Source: Paramecium tetraurelia
Taxonomy: Eukaryota
Reading direction: 5' to 3'
DNA length: 64,000 bases
Assembly: GCA_000165425.1 (NCBI GenBank)
Contig: CT868141.1
Location: forward strand, 186,001-250,000
The notes below the pieces were generated by a model, which saw only the letters and a list, made by a program, of their open reading frames with translations, was not told the DNA's origin and ran no database searches. The position numbers were made by a program, and so were the translations under genes. This document shows positions 41,011 to 56,679 of the stretch, piece by piece (positions within the stretch are counted from its first letter, which is position 1; every line of letters starts with the position of its first letter).

Positions 41011-42127
41011 TCATAGTTATTATCTTTAAGAGTAATGAGATCCTCTGTTTAATCTATTTGTAGTATCTACTGATTAGATTATGTTATTATTAGTCTTACT
41101 ATTACTTTTAGTTATGTTAATCTCCTTAACTTAAGTGATTTATTTCTTTTTTAATGCTTCCAGTGATGCTTCTGCCATAATTAGCTTCTCACTCAGTTCT
41201 GAGGCCTCTTCATTCTTTTCTTTAAACTTCCTTCTCCAAACATCAATTTCCCCTTGTAATGAAATGACTGTCGTTTCTACTCTTGAATAGTTTTCTTCTA
41301 CAGTTTATAATTCTTTGATTTAATTATTCAATTAATCTATCCAATTTTCTTTTTCATTTAAAACACTTCTTAATTTTAAAATATCAGTGTCTTTCTTACT
41401 GATTTGGTTCTACATTTCTTTATTATCAATTTCGTATTGTTACATTTACTTTTTCAATTTCCTAATATCCTCGTTATTGTTATTCTTGTTCTATATTTAT
41501 TTTTATAAAGAAGTAAAAACTTCTTTTGATTAAAATAATTCCTTTTTTAATTGTTAAATTTCATTGTTTAACTTATCTTCTTAATCTTCAAAATTCTTAA
41601 CCATAACTTCTAACTCTTTAATTTTGTTCATGTACTCCATAGATTTTAAATTTTATTCATTCATTTTTAACCTTTAATTTTCATTCTACAATCTGTTGAT
41701 CAACTATTCCAATAATAATAATTTCTATTTATATCTATTTTCTATATCTTATGCAGATACTACTTGTAGAGGTTTTTCATGATATTATACCTCATTGAGT
41801 TCATGTGGTTATTATGTTCTATCTGTTGATAATTAAATCACTCTGACAGGAGAAACTGATTAAGGTTAGCAGACAGGTTATATCTTTGCAATAAACTATG
41901 TGTTATTTCTATCTGTTTATGGAGCTCTATTATTCTGATAATTCATACATTGCTGAATGTGTAGATTATGCTTGAATTCTTTAAATTGAATAATTAGGGG
42001 AATAGTTATGTGATTGATTGTTTAATAAAGGAACTTGTCTTATATAGGGAGAAAGTGCCTATGTATTTTTAGTTATATATTGGCTGCCTTTAGATCGAAT
42101 AAGACGATCTAATTTTTCATTTAACAT
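41011..42127 (-). CDS. Coiled-coil protein
   Basis: Long E/Q/K-rich frame; SPVRVI and LQGEIDVWRRKFKEKNEE motifs. Confidence 0.7.
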
Positions 42128-42391
42128 ATTTAATTTTATTTTTTTGACTTAAAAAATAGAGTAACAATAAATAGATGTTTATATGGGGTAAGTAATTAAT
42201 GTTAAATAGTTAAAAAATGAAAGTAAAAAGGTTAAGATCAGAAATTTGTAGACGCAGAATCCTGAGATTTAATTAATATTTTTAGGAAAATAAATAAGTT
42301 ATTTTTAAAAAATATTAAATTTCACTTTTATTTAAGATTAATGTATTAATTAATAGATTATTTATAGAAAAACCTATAATACACATTATTT

Positions 42392-42950
42392 TCAACAATA
42401 GGTTTATTGATCAGTTATAATGAAATCTAATTATTAATCATTATCTGTGTAAGGAATATTGTTAACCTTTAGCAATTCATGGCCAAATCCTATAAACTTA
42501 GTGTTGTAGTTTTTAGATCTATAATCTTCTATGGTTCTATCATAATATCCTCCACCATAACCAATCCTATGCTTAGTTTAAGCATCAAAGCACAATAAGG
42601 GTACCTAAATTAATTATTAATTATTTTACAATGCAAAATTGAGGGATCTCATAGGTTTTTTCAACAGGCTCTAATATTTTAAATTTATTCAACTATAATT
42701 CAGTTTTATTCTATATGTAAACTGAAAATAATAATGGTTCTGTTAATTTTTACATTATTGGTAATAAAATTTTATTTTTACTCAAATAAGGCAAAATACT
42801 TAAAATATTTAATTCATTGACTAAAGGGTAATAAATTGAAATGGATGATTCTGGTTAGATAATCTTTTTCAATTACTGAGCGTATAATTCAGGTTATATT
42901 TTTATATCTTTTCTTATTTGTTTAAATAAAATTCTTAATTCATTTTTCAT
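42392..42950 (-). CDS. MTHFS: 5-formyltetrahydrofolate cyclo-ligase
   Basis: KNELR start, YYPLVNE, ILEP, VPLLCFD..HRIGYGGGYYDR, DFIIT. Confidence 0.92.
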
Positions 42951-42969
42951 TGTTTTAGCAATAATTTTA

Positions 42970-44554
42970 ATGATAAAAAAAATATTATTCAATTCATAAT
43001 TGTATAAATTTTGTGTTCATCAAAAAATATACAAACCTAAATCAAAGAAAGGACTCAATTTATTATTATTCCTATTCAGTTTGGGATTTATAAATCAATA
43101 CACTAAATATAGAGACTACATGTCTAACATATTTTTAAGCTAACAAGAGGTAGCTGACTTTCACAAAAATAAACAATTACAAGTTGACAAAAAAACATTA
43201 AGATATCATGAAATCAATATCAAAAGAAATAAGGATACAGAAACTGCGGTAATTATAGGAGGAGGCATAGTAGGGTTAAGCCAAGCATTAAAATTATTGT
43301 AAAAGGGTTATTCTGTCATCTTGATTGAAAAGGAATAATTCATTTCAACTAAATGTAGCGCTTTTAATGGAAATATCTACAATCCCTACTTATTCAATCC
43401 ATTAATATCTAAATATTCAATTAAAACCATGTTGAATAACTATATCAACCCTACTGACACAGCAACATAAAGGTTCAGTTTTAATAGCCTTTTAGAACCT
43501 GGGGGGATAATTTGGCTGATCAACGCATTAAGGTTGAGTACATCTGATGAACAATTTGATAAGTCAATTTAAGATATGACTAAGTTGGGGCAGATTTAAG
43601 AATAAGAATTTGAAAAAATCAAAAAAATGGGTTTGCTTGAAAAACAATTAACTGCTGAAGGAGAATTGAGTTTTTATAAATCTGCAGAATACGGGAAACG
43701 AATAAGTTAATCATTTGAAAATGCAGGAATTGAATTTAAAGAAGTTGATAAAACTAAATTTAATTAGCATGATATAGATAGGCATTTATTTCAAAATTAT
43801 CCTTATGTTATTAAATTAGATAAGGAAAATAACTTAGACACTAAATAATTATCAATAAACACCTTGAAATATTGTTAAAAGCATTACCCAAATAAATTTA
43901 ATATTCTTTACGGAACAGACTTTAAAGAATTCATAATGAATAATAATAGATATGTGTTAGGAATAAATACAAACAAAGGGTATGTAAAATTCAATTATTA
44001 TTAGTGTAATATATGGAGATGCATTTATCATTTGTGCTGGATTGCATAGCAAATACATAACTAAGAAATTGGGAGTAACCTTGCCCATAATGCCTTGTAG
44101 AGGATGGATTATTGAATCTGAATTGCCTTAGTCTGCAAAGGGATCTGTCTTAGATAAGATGGTACTGAAATTACCTACCTTATCTGTCACAAATCTTAAT
44201 AATAAGTTGAGGATTTCAGGTTGTTAATTGATAGATTAAGAATATAAATCAGATGATCCTTTGAATGAATGGGGAGCCTAGATTCTGATAAAATAGATGA
44301 AAGAGCAATTTAATATTGACTTGGATAGGCAGAGCATTTCAGTGAGAGATTGCTGCAGACCCTTGACTCCAGATGATAAAATTATACTTAGTAAATTGTA
44401 GTTGAATAGAAATGTTTACGTAAATGCAGGACATGGCTCTAGAGGAATGAGTCAATGTCATGGTTGTGCTGAAGTCATTTATTAACTAATGAAGGGCTAA
44501 TAAAATAAAGAGGATTATTCAGCCTTTGATTTAACAAGGTTTTTATTTGTTTGA
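42970..44554 (+). CDS. FAD-dependent oxidoreductase, D-amino-acid dehydrogenase (DadA)-like, with presequence-like N-terminus and hydrophobic anchor
   Basis: VIIGGGIVG..LIEK, CSAFNG, PIMPCRG, LRISG, CRPLTPD, NAGHGSRG. Confidence 0.88.
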
Positions 44555-44588
44555 AGTATAAATATATATATATCGTTAAATAATTAAA

Positions 44589-45646
44589 ATGAGTTAATAT
44601 GAGAGAATAAGACCAATCGTATTTTAAAAAGCTCCAGAAGTAAAATAGGTGAGATCCAATTCATTGGCTGTTCGATCATCTCCTTCTAAGTGTTAGTTGG
44701 ATTTATCTTTCGATTTATAAGTTAATTCAACAACTAACAATGCAAATTAAGCATTAAAAGACATCAACAATTATAAGAAGCTTTATGTGAGTGAATCGTG
44801 TTAGAACAATAATAAAGAAAATTAATTATCTGGAAAGCATTTTTCGTTTAAGGCTGATGAAAATTAATATTTGAAATAGAGAATTAAACAATTAGAATCA
44901 TAGAATAACAACTATGTATCTGAAAATAAAAAATTGGCTCATGTTTTAGATTAATAAATTCAATTAAATCAATCATTATAAGAATAGCAACAATCAAAAA
45001 ATTAAATTATCAAAAAATTAGAAGATGTATAGAAGATGAATAAATATTAATAGTCGAATAATTCAGATCTTAAATAAATTAATGATTAACTGATTATATC
45101 TAAGAAGGTAGTAAATGATTTAGAGGAAAAAGTATAAATTGTATTAAATGAAAATCAAAAATTAAGCGAATTAAATGAAAGATTTTAATTTACAGAAAAT
45201 CAACTAAAGATTGAAATTGAAAAATATAAAAGTAAATGCTCAATATTGGAGAGTAAAATGAAATAACAACAGTAATTTAACATATCATTATCTAGAGATG
45301 AATCAAAATGTTTAGAATTGTAGAGAAAAATTAAGAAACAGAATGATCAATTAGAAATATTGGCTAGAGAGAACTATCAATTGAAATAATAGTTAACTTA
45401 AAATAATAATCAAGTGTCTCAATAAGATGATAAATAGTTATATGTTCATAAGTAATAGATATGTTTGAGTTTAGTGATAAATTTAAAGAGACAATCCAAG
45501 AGTTGGAATGTGAAAATCAATACTTACAATAAATGATAGGTATTGACCAACAAAAGATGAATAATCTTGAGGAAAAACTAAATTTGTTGACGAAGGAAAA
45601 TTATAGACTAACAGAGATAGTCAAAAATCGTCATAAATAGCAATGA
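44589..45646 (+). CDS. Coiled-coil hypothetical protein
   Basis: E/Q/K/N-rich heptads with repeated ENxxL; one intron; ends TGA. Confidence 0.65.
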
Positions 45647-45715
45647 ACAAATTTATAACTATTTTTGTTATTTAATTTAAAGAAGATTAAATTAAATGAT
45701 AATATTGACTAGCAA

Positions 45716-46379
45716 TCAATATCTATACACTGATCCATAACCAAATGTTGGTGCAACATAGCTGTAACTTGGAGCATATCCATATCCATAGGTTGGAGCA
45801 ACATAGCTGGTTCTTAATGGAGCTACTGGTGCCACTGGTACTACAGGTGCTACAGGTGCAGCATAGCTGTATGAGAGTGGTGAGGCATATGAAACTGGAG
45901 CAGGAGGAGCTCTTCTAACCTATAAAGAATTAATTAACATTAAACCTCTCTTTCATATTCTAAATAATCAACTCTTGGCACATTCTTTTCGACTGGCACA
46001 TAATCAATTTATTTTTCATATGAAACTTGAGGGATGTATTCCTTTTAGTATTCGACTGGATAATAGTCTGTCACCCATTTTTATCTTGGCACCTACGTGT
46101 TAATTTATTGTTTACTTAGACAGTTCTGACTTCCTCTTCCAATTCTACGACTGGCTTTTAATATGGAACGTATTCGACTCTGGATTCACCTCTAATAGGA
46201 GAATAGGCTGGAGGAGCATAACTAACTGGAGCTGCATACGATACTGGTTAAACATATGAGACTGGAGCTGCATAGCCAACTGATAATTAGTCTAATTAAC
46301 TTTTACCTGGAACAGGTCTGGCAATTGATGTTGCTAATGGAGAAGCATATGAAACACCTAAAGGAGCGTAGGAGTACAT
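45716..46379 (-). CDS. EPI: Epiplasmin (Paramecium cortical membrane skeleton protein)
   Basis: GESRVEYVPYQKPVVELEEE..VPRQKWVTDYYPVEYQKEYIPQV..VDY core flanked by Pro/Ala/Tyr/Val-rich arms. Confidence 0.93.
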
Positions 46380-46745
46380 TTTTAATATTAATATTGACAA
46401 TAAAATTTATTGATGTTTTATTTTAACATGAAATATCAAAACAAAAAAATTTGATAAATTATTTAAATTAAAATAAAATTCGAAAGATAGTTAATGTCTT
46501 TTATATCAATTATTAGACTTTATAGTTACTTTCGATACATAAACTTTATTTACATCAAACCATCTCTATTTAACTTAATTTTTAGAGATATTGTGTAATA
46601 AAAACAACCCACATACATTTTCACCATATATAAATATTTATAAAAATATTCAACCATATAATTTATAAAGCATTTATTAAGTTTGTGATATTTCCAACTG
46701 ATTATAAAACTTGATATTATTTAATATAAACTATTTTTTGTTAAT

Positions 46746-48689
<1,944 letters not shown>

Positions 48690-49727
48690 ATTAATATAGT
48701 TTTCTTATTTTACATTATTTATTTTTTATTTAACAATAGTAGTCAACAGAATTTTTTGTATTTTTTTTTCCTAATAAGGATGATGATCTTTTTCACTTCT
48801 TTCTTTAATATAAATTTAATATTAAAATTAAAGCAACTTAAAATTTTTTATCCTTAATCTAAAGTATGGGACATTAACAAATTTTTTACTAGATTTCTAT
48901 ATTCTTTGAAAAAAAGTATTAACAATTTAATTAACTCTGCCTAGATTCTTAATGAGTTGTAATTATTTTGAATTTTCCAATTAGTTATATAAGGGTTTAT
49001 TTTAATTTCTGATGTTCAATCAATTTTAGTTTTGTTTTTTCTGAAATTTTTCTTTTCAAAATATCAATATATTCTTGTAAATTAAAGGGTTATTTAAGTG
49101 TTGATTGTTTCTTAAGTAATATTGTTTTTTGATTACTTGGTTCATCCGACAATAATACATATTTTTTATAAAATCCCAGTAAAAATCCTTTACCCATTCA
49201 GTTAAAAGATTACAAGCATGCATATGATCATTTATAAAGCATGACAGCACTCTTTAAAGTTTTGAGAAAAACTATGTATTGTAAATTAATATCCGATTAG
49301 AATTAAGATGTTAATTAAAATAAAATTCATTTAATTTTTAATTACAAGAAATAATTCTGTGAATTTTCTTTTGAATATTTAAAATGAATATTTTAGAATG
49401 CGAGCAATAACTCTAACCTATTTCTTTTTGTGGTGAGAATGGATAAAATATTTGAATTAAATATGTAAAATTCATTAAAATATTAAAATTTAATTAGATG
49501 TAAGGCACAATAGTTTTGTAAATAAGGGATAAAATTTAGATCACAATCTATTTCCAGATGCTTACATTGATTGTAAATATTAATCAACTTAGAAAATAAA
49601 TAATTTCAATAGTTTTAAAATGTCTTTGTAAATTACACTCATCAATATAATTATTAAATTGTATTATATAATTATTTAAAATGCAGTATCTTATTATTTT
49701 AACTAATTATAATCAATTCGATATTAA

Positions 49728-50181
49728 ATGAACTTAAATATAAATATTCAAGATTTAATGAAATACGCCAAAATATCAAATTAGGTCAGATAGGCCTTCA
49801 TAAAAAGAATATCTGAAAAGAAATGTACAATCAGACAAGCAGCAAAGTAATTTGGTATCAAATTTTCAACCGCCAAAGCAATTTTATCGATTTATAGACA
49901 CGAAGGTAGGATAGGGAAAAAGCAAAGAAGACAAAGAAAACTTTCAAACAATATTATTTCTGAAAAGGAAACATAAAAATCTCTCAAAGAAGAACCCATA
50001 GAGACCAAAGAGGAGATTAAAAAGGGATCAACCTCTTTAAACTACTGTTAACGACGGGCTAACAATACAACACATACCGTAATACAATTATGACTGGACT
50101 TACTTGCAACATTTTTGGATGGTGACGTACATGAATCAACAATTACAATACCAAAATTTTTAAAGATTTATGGGATATTGA
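49728..50181 (+). CDS. Small helix-turn-helix DNA-binding protein (C-terminus ambiguous: TGA 50091-50093 or 50179-50181)
   Basis: YAKISNQVRQAFIKRI..TIRQAAKQFGIKFSTAKAILSIYRHEGRIGKKQRR. Confidence 0.75.
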
Positions 50182-50831
50182 GATACTTATATAAAATGAA
50201 TAGAAATTTTCATGAAATTTTATTTTTCATTATTGTTGTTTATATGATTTATGAAATATACTTTGAATGAAAAGGTTAAACACAATATATTTTCTTCATA
50301 TTCAAACAATTTGTGAAAAATCATTTAGAAATCCTATTATTCTTTACCAATAGGCTTGTGTTTTATATAAAATAACGATATTACTAATTTAAATATTTGT
50401 ATATCATGAATGGACATATACTTTTTGATTTTTTGCTAATTAATGGTTTGGCAAGCCTTTAAGCTTGCTTATAGACTTAAATTTATAGTTTAAATCCAAA
50501 ATACTCATAAATTTTTTATGAAAATTTCAGTAATTTAATAGTTCTTTAGACTCATTAATAATATATTTACATACATCAAATTATGTGTTAATGATAATTG
50601 ATAATTAAATATCCAAAACTTGTAACAAAAAAATCAAATAATATTTAAATATGAAATTTCCGTCTCGGAATGAATTTTTATTTTATTAACATTGAAATAT
50701 ACAATTCAGAAGAAAATACAACTGAAATAGAGATAGAGCCAAATTATGAATTATTTTAATTGAAATTTACCTTCTTCAATTACAATTATATTTGGAAAAA
50801 GAGAAATTTTTATAAACAAATAAAATATATA

Positions 50832-53800
50832 TCAATTTTCATCATTTTAAGGTTCTTAATCTTCAAGAATTTTCTCTTCATTTTTTTCATCTTTCTTTAA
50901 ACTAGCTTCCTTAGCCATTTGTCTATATTTCTACAATGTTGATGATCCATGCTATTTAGCATCTCTGACTAAGGGTCTAGAGTAAACTCTATTCTCCATA
51001 TCTTATATTTTTTATTTGTATTCTGGATTTAATTTTTCCTTTTATTTTTTTTTATCTTCAAGCTTTTTTTATTTCTCCTCTTGCAATCTTTGAAGCTCCC
51101 TATCTTGACTGCTAACAACCTTCTTTTTTTCTTTCTTTTCATCATTCTATTAAACTGGTTAAGGTGCAGGGGGGACTATTTTAACATTTTTTTAAGGTTT
51201 AACACTTTCTTACTTAATTTCAGATTATTTAGAAAGTTATTATGATTTTTTTGATTATTGGATAGACATTTCTTATTCTGTTTTTTATTCCATAGTTTTG
51301 TTTTCTTGTTATTCTTATTATTCTAGTTATTCTTATTCTTATTCCTATACTTCTTATTCTTATTCTTATTCTTCTTGATCTTGATTCTCTTAATTTTGGT
51401 ATTATTCATTGTCTTTATTTTCATCTTCATTTTATTTCTCTTAAGCTTAATCTTCAAATTATTGATCCTAATAGTCATCTTCAGGTTCAGGTGACAATTC
51501 TCCATCCTCTTGATTGGAATTTTGTTACTTTTGACTTTGTTATTTTTATGACATTTTTGCAGATTTTTCTTATTATGATTCTTCCAATTAATTATGGCTG
51601 ATTTATTAACTGACCTACTTTTAACTTTATTAAGACTTTTAAACTGATTGTTTTTAAGATTATGATCTTTGAGTCTAACTCTTTTGTGTTTGAGATTTTT
51701 ATGTTTAGTTTTATTATTCTTCTTCATGAAAGGATTCTTTTCTTTTATTTCTTTGATTATCTTCATCAAGATAATTCAATTCCATACCTTTGCTTTATTG
51801 AGATTTCTTGTCTTTATCTCTTTTGGAAACAAAGTTTTTATTTATTTTTGGATTAAACTTACATTCAGGGTCAATATCTTGAGGATTTAATTCTTCCATC
51901 TTTTTCTTTTTTTCTTTCCTTTTCTATTCGTCTTCTTATAATCTTTTAGGCATCAAATTAGTACTCTAGAGGTCTGCCTTTCTTTTTTCTCTTTATTCCT
52001 TTTTCCTTTGATTTTCAGCAATTTCTTTTTATTTTAATACTTCCATTGTACATTCCACAGGAATTTCTTTAGCCTTGAAAGTTTTGGGAGCTTCTTTAGT
52101 TTGTAGCCGTTCTTCTGCAATTTACTTTCTTTCCATAAACTTTTAGACATCCTTCTAATAAAAGCTTGGAGGATTGGCATTTTAGACTCTAGGAGGTGAA
52201 AACCTATCTAAATTATGAGCTGGAACAAACATGGACAGAGGAATAGGATTTGCTTTAAATTTATTCTGTAATTCAAATTCTTCCTTTTCTTCAATTTCCT
52301 TAACCATTTGTTCTAATCTTTATTATCTAATAGTTTTCTTCTTTCTCTCATGAAATTTAGGTTCTTTGGGAACAGTAATTTTATTAAGTGAGCTTGAATG
52401 CATATTAGATTATGTCTTTTTATCAATTCTTTTTTATTATGCATCATCAAATGATAAATTCTCAATCTCAGCAAAGGCATCTTCTTCCTCTTATATTTAA
52501 CCTTTGATAACCGACTCATAAATTTTCCTTCCCCTTCTAGGTGCTGGTTTCACATCCAATTTATTTTCCAAATCTTCCCTTGGGATTTCTCCTTTATCTG
52601 AAAAAATGTAGACTATGTCAGCCCATTATATAAAATCAATTTCAGTTCTAGCAATTTTAGAAATGATAGAATTGATTGTTTCAGGTCTCTTGGATATAGG
52701 GTCAATCTTTGCTATTTATGAAAGAAGACTCTTAGATTGAGGATCATTTTTAACTGTCGCTATGAATTCCTCTTTTAAAATAAAATGAGCACAGATTGTA
52801 GGAATCATTTCAAAGACATCATTTATAATTTAAAAGTATACACTTGGTAATTGCATTACTAAATGTTCTTCATTTGGAGGATCTTTCTATTCATTCACAA
52901 AGAATAGTTTTGGTATTTTAGGAGGTAAAGGATTGAAATTAGTCAAATATTCTGTGAATTACTATAAACTAATGAAATTAGAGGCATGACCTTCCAATTA
53001 GTTTAATGTGCTTTCCATCATTTCCAAGATACTGGCTAATGTATACCTTTTTCCAATTTTTGTTAGTATTGCAGCTTCTTAATTACAATCCACTGTTTCT
53101 CTGATTTATTAGATCAATTCCTTTTTACTTACAATCAATTCGCAATCTTTATCTAATTTCATGAAGATTTCCAACATTTGCTAGATCACCTCATGCTCCA
53201 ATAAGCATCTCCCTTTCATCTTCTCATAATAACCCTCTGAAGCAATGGAACCAGGTCCAAAATGAGCCAAAATGATACGTGCCTACATCAGTCTAATTTC
53301 CTCATAAGGTAAAGACAATTTGAAATATTCCTCAAGTTAATTTAATGATATTAGTTCCATCTATCTTCTATTCTTAGAAAGCCTATAATCTGCTAAGACC
53401 TTTTCTAATACTTAATTTACAGTAGGACTTCCTTGTTAAAGACTTATTGGTTGGTTTAGAATGGACACTTTACCTTTTGATAAATCATTCCTTATAGCCC
53501 TTATCAAATCTAATCTGTTTACAACTCCTTGTTCTTGGTAATCTAATATCTTAAAAATCTCCTTAATGGGTTTAGAATATTATAATCTTAAATTTTCTTC
53601 TTGGTTCTCTTCAAATAATTTAGAATCCTATTTTAATTTAGAAAGCAATTTAATTCTATCCTATTATAATCTCTTGACAAATTTGCTAAACTCTGATAAG
53701 TCGAGCAATCCTTTACGATGAGTTTATAATTTATCAAGTTCACTCTCTATAGTTTTCACATCTAAATCGAATATAATTTAGATATCTTTGTTAGTGCATA

Positions 53801-55040
53801 AAAATTCGAGCACTTCTCCCTTCGATACAACTCCAGCGTGATCTTTATCAATTTATTAGAATGAAAATTTAAGTACAAATTACTCATTCTTCTCACTCTC
53901 AATTTATTTTTCTTACTATTTTTCAGTTACAATAGATTTATAAATGGCTTTTTTACTTGCATCATCCAATTGATCAAGTTGTTTTTCTGTATAAGCTTAT
54001 ACTTATACACGATGTAATTCATCGATAGTTTATACTTTTAGAATAGCTCTATCGGTAATATTCACTTAATGTTTTGGTTTTTCCTTGTCATCTTTGAGAT
54101 GATATTTTTCAAATTCTGGAACCTAAAATTCCTTTGCCTTAATTTCCATTTATTTTTTCAAATTCTTGTCCTTTTGATACTCCAAAAATTAATGCTCATA
54201 CAATTGTTATTCGGGTGACTTCATAACTACCTACTCAATATATTTCTCCTTTGATCTTGGTCTATTCTTATTCTACTCCTTCTGCTTTATATAATCATCT
54301 ATTTATTATTAGATGAATTAATCTTTTTCTTCCTTCTTATTTTATTTTTTTAAAACCTATTACTGTTATTTATCAACAACAGTTACTTTAACTTAGACTT
54401 AATCCTTTCTTCTTCTTTCCTCATATTCTTCTTTAGCCTACATTTATTCTTTCTTTATGTTGTTTCTATACTCTCTCAATTACTTGATTTTCTCCCAAAC
54501 ATTATCATCAGGCTGATAACTATCCACTAAGTCTTATTTCATGAATTGCTACTCTAATCTATCCAATCTATCATAATGCTTATCAATTTCACTCTGAATT
54601 TAATCTAATCGTTCATTTTAAGGTGGAGCTTCTTCCTCAATAACAAATTAATTCATTCGATTTTCAATATCTTTCTACTCAATTCCCACTACTCTTCTTT
54701 ATTCAGAAATGAAGTTTGATTTAGCCAATGGTTAATCCTTTAGATTTTAAAATACTATTTTTTCTTTATCTTCCATTGCATTCTACATCTTATAAGGTTG
54801 TAATCCCATTTTTTAGTAGATCTCAAGTTGAGACACTTACATGTCTAAAATAGGTTCATCTTTCTTTTGACTTGTTGAAAACATTTTCTTTTTCTCTTCA
54901 ATAACTGTTTGTGGAATTTTGAATCCTCCTGATCCAATCACAGCCTTCTGAACCTAATCCTTGTTAACCTAAGGCGATTATTTATTTGCCATAACTTCAA
55001 GCTAAAGAGTTTGAATTGGTATTGCTTTTTTCACAGACAT
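50832..55040 (-). CDS. Large protein (about 1400 aa) with degenerate EF-hand pairs and a FAM161/UPF0564-like region
   Basis: 4209-bp span from ATG to TGA (divisible by 3); FQQIDKDHAGVVSKGE, FQILDYQEQGVVNRLD, FMKLDKDCELIVSKKE; ITVPKEPKF..FKANPIP..FKAKEIP; acidic tail. Confidence 0.8.
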
Positions 55041-55083
55041 TAAGATATAAAAGGTGATTAATGTTTAAAATTAATAAATAAAA

Positions 55084-56497
55084 TCACAAAAGCAAATTAG
55101 GGAATGTTTATTCAGCAATTTTATTTACTTCCTCTTCCACTTTGCTTAATGGAATATTAGCTGGCAATATATATACAACCTTTCTTTCAGATACTCTATT
55201 TCCATAAAACCACACTCCTGCTCTAATATATTTTCATATTTTTACATTCTTATGACATATTGATTGCGTGTATTCAATTTCTCATACACCAATTGCAGTA
55301 TTCTTAAATTTTCAGAACTCATTTTTGGGACAATCAATTAACTGGATATTCTATAAGCCAAGTTAACGCCATTGAAGTAAATGAATCTAACGAAATCTTA
55401 TTTCTAAGATTGTTCAATCGCCATCTCTAACTTGTATACTAATTTATCAATCTATTTTGAAAAGACATTGACCAAATTCGGTAGATTTTGTAAATCTTTT
55501 AATGGATTTGCTATTGCAATTATTAATAATTGTTTATCCAAATAGGTGAATATATTTTTCTTTTATTTATTCAGATACACTATTTGACCTGTAAATCCTT
55601 CTCTGATTGCATTTTTTAGATTAAAGAAATTTAGATAGGCAATTTAACTTTCTGCACATGCTGGGAATTTCAGATTTATTTTGGATTCCAAGTTTGTCCA
55701 AGGCAATCCACCGCCATAATAATGCTCTTTAAATAGGATTGCCTTCTGATGGGGGAGTGTTGAAAATAGGAAATACCCTGCATAAAATACAACGTAATCG
55801 GTTATCTAAGCTTCCTATTATCTTCCAAAAGTTAGGATTGATTAAAGATGCAAATAAATGGCAGCATCAATCTAAGCATATTTTAAAGAGAATGATTAAA
55901 AATTAAATAAATTCAAAACTGTACCATATCTTGCATTACATAAAATCCATCTCTATGTGAAATGATTTACTTGTGTTAAATCGTATCCATAAAATAATTC
56001 AAAGTTTGCCACAAAATTCTCCGCAATATTAGTATACAAATTTTTTGATAAACTATAATGAAATTTATTGCATTCACTAAAAAAGTAATCCTCAACAATA
56101 GTTTTTATTTTTGGTATTTTTTAATGAGCCAAGGTTATAAATAGAAAAAGATCCTCTCTCACCCTGCAGATGATGTGGGTCTGTTACTCCAAATGTATTG
56201 TTTGAAACTGCAAAGATTCATTTTTGCTTTTATTTTCCTGCTGTTCCATTAGATTAGGACTAGGATTAAATTGCGCGAAAAATTGAAAGATACCTTCAGC
56301 CATTCCTGTTTAAATTCTCTTTTCTTCAATATTTGCACCTTATGGATAGTAATAAATTAATTTTGCATCTTATTAATCCTAAATCTTAATAAATTAATTA
56401 CCTACTCAGATGGTTTGGGTATGGTCGGAACGGCTAACGGGTTAAAAATGAATAAAGCTTTCACAGAGAAATCAAAATTTAGTTGGTCCTAATTCAT
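55084..56497 (-). CDS. CCZ1: Vacuolar fusion protein CCZ1 (Mon1-Ccz1 Rab7 GEF subunit)
   Basis: ALFIFNP..AKLIYYYP..EEKRIQTGMAEGIFQFFAQF longin N-terminus; YIYLN; C-terminal EVNKIAEQTFPNLLL. Confidence 0.8.
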
Positions 56498-56679
56498 ATT
56501 AAAATAATTATTTAAATATATTCTATATATATAAGTATTCATAGCTTAAATATAAGAAATTGCGAGTGATGACTTATTTATTTAATGAAAACTATTTTCC
56601 AATTAAATTGCATCATACTAATATTAATACCTTAAAACACATCATTATTTTATATAATAGAAATCAATTAAGGAAGTTC

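Noticed and set aside
48700..49650. Short ORFs between TTLL9 and the HTH gene
   Set aside because: Interrupted by TGA in the frames examined; no motif
49700..50250. Tc1/mariner transposon
   Set aside because: HTH only; no DDE catalytic domain or terminal inverted repeats found
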